The position numbers and the translations under genes are program-made. Positions 59,274 to 64,000 of a stretch of 64,000 nucleotides of DNA are shown piece by piece. The DNA lies in the NCBI GenBank assembly GCA_963771075.1, contig CAVYSE010000011.1:416001-480000 (forward strand), read 5' to 3'. The notes beneath the pieces were generated by a model that was given only the letters and a program-made list of their open reading frames with translations, was not told the DNA's origin and searched no databases. How positions within the stretch are numbered: the stretch's first letter is position 1; every line of letters starts with the position of its first letter. The stretch comes from a candidate division FCPU426 bacterium. Lineage in GTDB: Bacteria; Oederibacteriota; Muellerivitia; Muellerivitales; Muellerivitaceae.

Positions 59274-62200
59274 TTACTGGATAATCGTCGGATGGTCCCC
59301 CTGCCCGATTCCCTTCGCGTGATGGGCTTTGCGGCGTTCCAAGCCCGACATGAGGCTGTAGGCGCAAGGCACCACCACCAGGGTCAGGAGGGTGGAGAAG
59401 ATGATTCCGCCGATGATGGCGATTGCCATGGGCTGGCGAAGTTCGGCGCCGGGACCGAAGGCCAGGGCCGCCGGGAAGCGCTCCCGCCACCGTGGCGGAG
59501 GAAGTCATCAATATGGGGCGCAGGCGCACCGGGCAGGCGTCCAGGAGGGCCTCATGTACTTCCATGCCAGCGTGGCGCCGCTGGTTGGTGAAGTCCACCA
59601 GCATGATGGAATTCTTTTTCACCAATCCCATGAGCAAAATGATTCCGATGAAGCTGTACATGCCCAGGGACTGGCCCATGAGCCAAAGGGAGAAGAAGGC
59701 CCCGGTCACCGAGAAGGGCAGGGCCAGCAGGATCACGATGGGATGGATGAAGCTGTTGAACTGGCTGGCCAGCACCATGTAGGCCACCAGGATTCCCAGG
59801 GTCATGACGAACAAAAGCTCTTTCGAGGAGTTGGCATTGGCCTGGGCGGAGCCGGTCAGCTGCACGTTGTAACCATCCGGCAAGATGCTTTTGCAGATGT
59901 CGACCGCTTCCTTAACCGCGTCTTGCTGGGATACGCCCACCCCGGTTCCGGCGGTTATATAAACGGCCCGTTGGCGGTTATCCCGGAAAATCTGTTGGTA
60001 GGCCGGTACCTGCTGGACGGTAGATACCGCTGAAATGGGTAATACCTCACCCCGGTTGTTGCGGACGTAGACCCTATTGATGGCGTCCGGACCCTGCCGC
60101 TGGTCCACGGGAACGCGGATGGCGATGAGGTTGTCATGGCCTCCCTCGTGGAAATAGGTGCCTTGGAACTGGTAACCGCCGATGGTGGCGCTGATGACAT
60201 TGCCCAGGTCGTCCATATTGACCCCTTCCTCCGCAGCCTTGACGCGGTCGGGTATGACGCGAAGCTCGGGCTGGCCGTCCAAAAAGTTGTCATTGACGTT
60301 GGCCAGCTTGGGGCTGGCGTGCATGGCCTTGCGGATCTTTCGGGTGCAATCCGCCAAGGTATCCCAGTCGGGGCCGGTCACCATCAGTTCCACGGCGTAG
60401 CCCTGGCCCGTGGACATTCCCCTTTGGGAAAGGTCCAGGGAGAAAACCTGCAGTTCGGGAGAAACTTTAGCCAGTTTTTTGTTGACCCAGGCCATGAACT
60501 CAAACTCGCTCATGGGGCCTGGATTGATTTTCCACCAAAGGGATTGAAGGAAACCCAAGGGGCCGACGGGAGCAAATTTATCCGTGATTTCCGCCTTGGG
60601 GCGGTCTTGGGGGTCTTTCATGGTAAGGAAGAAAATGCCCTGGTTGGGGGTGGTACCGCCGAAACCGCCGAGAGCGGAGTAGAGATGCTTCACTTCTCCC
60701 CTGGTTTTCAGAATTTCCTCGCATTGCTTCACGATCTGGTCGGTGTGGGTCAGGGAATAGGTGACGGGGAGCTTCATGTTGACGATGAAGGCGCTTTGGT
60801 CCGTGGAGGGGCTGAAATTCACCTTGATGAATTTCAGCATGAAAAAGGAACTGAAAAAAATGAGGAAGGAGGCCAGTACGACCGACCAACGGTGGTCCAG
60901 GGCCCACAATAGGGTTCGCTTATATCGATTGCGGAGTATTTCAAACTGGTTGTTGACGAAGGTGTTGAACCAGTTGTGCTCGTCCGCCGCGTGCACGAAC
61001 TCGGAACAGCGCATGGGGGTCAGGGTGATGGCTTCCAGGAGGGAAATCAGAACCGCGCCGGAGAGGGTCACGCCGAACTGGAAGAAGAACTTGCCGATAA
61101 TACCCTGCATGAAGGCGATGGGCAGGAAGATGGCCACGATGGCAATGGAGGTGGCCATGGCCGCGAAGGTGATCTCGCGCGCGCCCACCAGGGCCGCTTC
61201 CACCTGCTCTTCGCCCTTTTCCTGGTGGCGGACGATATTTTCCAGCACCATGATGGCGTCGTCCACCACCACGCCGATGGAAAGGGAAAGGGCCAAAAGC
61301 GTAAAGGTGTTCAGGTTGAAGCCGAAGAAGCTCATGACGATGAAGGTTCCAAAGAGCGATGTGGGGATGGCCAAAAAGACGTTGATGGTGGAGGAAAGGC
61401 TTCCCAAAAAGAGGAAGCAAACCCCGGCCGTGAGGAAGGTGGCCAACGCGATCGTCAACTCCAGCTCGTGGACGTTATCCTCGATAAACTTGGTGGTGTC
61501 GAAATTGAGGCTGATGTGAAAGCCCTTGGGCAGGTTTTTCTTGACCTCTTCCATGCGGGCCTTGGCGGCTCTCCCGACATCCACCGCGTTGAAACCGTCC
61601 TGCATGACGATCCCCAAGCCCACCGCCGGCACCCCGTCGAAACGCGAGAGCCGGACCACGGGGGTGACCACCCCGTCCTCGATCGTGGAAATATCCTTCA
61701 ATCGGGTGAGCGTGTAGTTGGGCGAGCCGCCACGGGCCAGGATGGGCAGGTTGGCGAAATCGGGAACCGTATAAGCCTCGCCCATGACCCGGATGTCGTA
61801 TTGGGTGTCGGGGGTCTCCAGGGAGCCGGCGGGGGTCTCGGCGTGCTGGTGTTGGATGGTATTGATGATGTCCGCGGCGGTCAATTGGCGTTCGTTTAAT
61901 TTGTTGTTGTCGACCCAGAGGTTGATCTCGCGGTCGAGAAAGCCGCCGAGAAAGACGTTGGCGACGCCGTTCAAGCTGGTGAACTTGTCCTGGATATGGT
62001 CGCGGCTGTAAAGCATCATGTCGCGCAGGGTCAGGGGCGGGTCGGCGGTGACGGCCAACCAGAGGATGGGGGAGGCGTTGGGGTTCTGCTTGCGGATGAC
62101 CGGCGGAAAGATGTTGGTGGGGAGCTGTTTCTGGGCCTGGAAGACAAGGGTCTGCACATCCTGCACGGCCGAGTCCACGTTGCGGTTCAGGTCGAGGAAG

Positions 62201-62478
62201 ACTGAGATGTTGGCGTTTCCCTGGGTACAGGTGGTCTGAACGTCCTGGACGCCCTGGGCGCCCAGCACGGCCTGTTCGACCGGGTCCGCCACGTCCGATT
62301 CCACGACCTCGGGAGAGGCGTTGGGGAGAGTGATGGACACGTTCACCACGGGGAAGTCCACATCCGGCAGGTTCGAGACCCCCATACGCATGAAGCAGAT
62401 GAAACCGAAGATGATGAAAGCCGCCATGAGCATCCAGGCGAACACCGGGTTTCGGATGGAAATATCGGACAGTGTCAT
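59274..62478 (-). CDS. RND efflux permease (AcrB/MdtBC-like); frameshift near 59474 in the last TMs
   Basis: PDVDFP, GVVVDDAIMVLENI, LTPMRC, KKNSIMLVDF and RLRPILMT. Removing one base restores ALPAALAFGPGAELRQPMAIAIIGG...IIQ*. Confidence 0.93.
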
Positions 62479-62589
62479 TGGTAACTCCAGTTCTGAGTTT
62501 TGGTTTCTAAATTTTCAGTTAGGCCTATTTTCCCCATTTGAATCGGCGGGAAAATTAATTATTCAAAACTTAACACTTAGAACTTAAAA

Positions 62590-63966
62590 CTAATTATTGC
62601 CTGTTTTCGGCAGTTTGCCCGTAGCCACATCCAGCCAGACCTGGTCGTAAAGCGTCTGGTACTTGGCCTTGATGAAGCTGATCTTGGCGTTTTCCAAGGA
62701 AGACAAGGTTTGAAGCAATTCCAAGTTGGTGGTGAGGTTCAGTTTCAAATCGTGCATGACATCCTGGTAATCCTGTTGATAGGCATGGACCGCTTTTTGA
62801 TAGGCCGCGGTCTCCCCGATCGATTCCACCAGGCTTTTGTTAGCCTCCCGGATATCGTCCTGGGCGCTTCGCCGGGCCAGGGATAATTGCATTTCCGCCT
62901 GCCTTTTCTTGGAGGCCGCTTGGTCCTCTTGGGCGACGATTTGTCCCCCCTCGAACAGGGGAAGGGAAGCCGTCAATCCCACCGTCCATTCGGGGGAAGG
63001 AACGCTTCCTTCCATGTCCAAATAGTAGGTGCCTTGGGCTTGCAGGGTGGGGAGGTGTTCGCCGTGGGCCTGGAGGAGGTAGGCGTCGGACACGGCCACG
63101 TTGGCCGCGGCGGATTTAACATCGGGCCTATCGTCCACCAGGGATTGGATACGATCCATCACATGGGAAGGCATATTGTATGTTTCATTCGATATGAGGA
63201 TTTGGTCCGGCTTAATATTGGCCAGGGTGGCCAGGGTTTCCCTGGCCTGGACCAATTGGTTTCGGTCGCTTTCCAAATCGGCATCCACCTGCATCAATTG
63301 GGCCTGGGTGTTGGAGACATCCGCGGTGCGGGACCGGCCCATTTTTTGCCATTTCTTTTCCAACGCCAGGGTCTTCTCATTCAGGTCTTTGGAGGTGGTC
63401 AAGGCCTGGTCCGACTCTTCCAGGGCCAAGACATTGTAGAAAGCGCTTGCTACATTGAGAAGCAACAAACGGGATTGGTTCAAGAGAGCGTATTTTTGGA
63501 CATCAATATTGGCACCCGCGCCCTTGACCGCGGCCACCTGGGTCAGGCCGCTAAAGATCGTCTCCGTCCCGGAAAGATAAAGGGAATCGGTGGGGGGGTT
63601 CGCGAGGGAAAAGACCGCTCCGGACCCTACATAACTTCCAGAGGTCCAGGCCGCGGTACCGTTCAGGCCAACCTGGGGTAACCAGGCCCCGATTGCCTGT
63701 GCGTTCTGCGATTTCGCCTGGAGGACATTCTCGGCCGAGGTGGCGAGGCTCTCGGTTCGTTTGGCCGCCAAGGCGTAAACATCCCATAGGTTCATTGTTT
63801 TCTTGACCGCCGCCATTTCCGCCGCGTCCGGGGCGAGGCCCGTGACTTGGGTAAGGGTTTTCTCCATCTTTCCATCGCCCACTTGTATGGGAACTTCGGC
63901 ACAACCCGTGAGGTAAAGTGCCAACCCCGTGAAAATGACCGAGAGATATGAGAGGTTCTTGGACAA
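62590..63966 (-). CDS. TolC-family outer-membrane factor (lipoprotein)
   Basis: LTGC lipobox, WLPQVGL, RPDV, HLPTL and LPLFEGG motifs. Confidence 0.88.
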   Translation of the reverse strand: MSKNLSYLSVIFTGLALYLTGCAEVPIQVGDGKMEKTLTQVTGLAPDAAEMAAVKKTMNLWDVYALAAKRTESLATSAENVLQAKSQNAQAIGAWLPQVGLNGTAAWTSGSYVGSGAVFSLANPPTDSLYLSGTETIFSGLTQVAAVKGAGANIDVQKYALLNQSRLLLLNVASAFYNVLALEESDQALTTSKDLNEKTLALEKKWQKMGRSRTADVSNTQAQLMQVDADLESDRNQLVQARETLATLANIKPDQILISNETYNMPSHVMDRIQSLVDDRPDVKSAAANVAVSDAYLLQAHGEHLPTLQAQGTYYLDMEGSVPSPEWTVGLTASLPLFEGGQIVAQEDQAASKKRQAEMQLSLARRSAQDDIREANKSLVESIGETAAYQKAVHAYQQDYQDVMHDLKLNLTTNLELLQTLSSLENAKISFIKAKYQTLYDQVWLDVATGKLPKTGNN

Positions 63967-64000
63967 AGCATCGCTCCTTAGAAAAACTTGGGGTTGGCCG

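Overview
GC-rich bacterial chromosomal window from a diderm (it encodes TolC, TonB-dependent and other beta-barrel proteins). Housekeeping blocks (argJ-thiL, tsaE-tsaB-rimI, glmU-prs-rplY-pth, sodB, pilD) alternate with accessory blocks. The most striking block is at about 20.9-30.5 kb. It holds an ECF sigma/NrsF-type anti-sigma pair, two lipoproteins that carry near-identical monoheme c-type cytochrome domains at the end of short and very long Thr/Pro stalks, a Cyc2-like cytochrome-porin fusion, a Cys-rich type-1 cupredoxin lipoprotein and another CxxCH protein. Five promoters in this block share a GTAAC(C/T)-N16-(C/G)(C/T)(T/A)AT(T/A) motif, so it is a candidate co-regulated surface electron-transfer or metal-redox module. 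A second block (37.7-51.2 kb) combines YncE, a TonB-dependent receptor, ExbBD-TonB, COG4705, a CusRS-like two-component system, a phosphoesterase and an outer-membrane barrel, with a CusR-box-like palindrome upstream. The window also has two efflux operons, four GT-C-type membrane glycosyltransferases, and several families of short intergenic palindromic repeats, including a structure-conserved double-hairpin unit. Seven apparent single-base frameshifts, mostly in short homopolymers, are probably sequencing errors. I found no rRNA, tRNA, CRISPR array or transposase. All calls come from manual motif recognition; no database searches were run.
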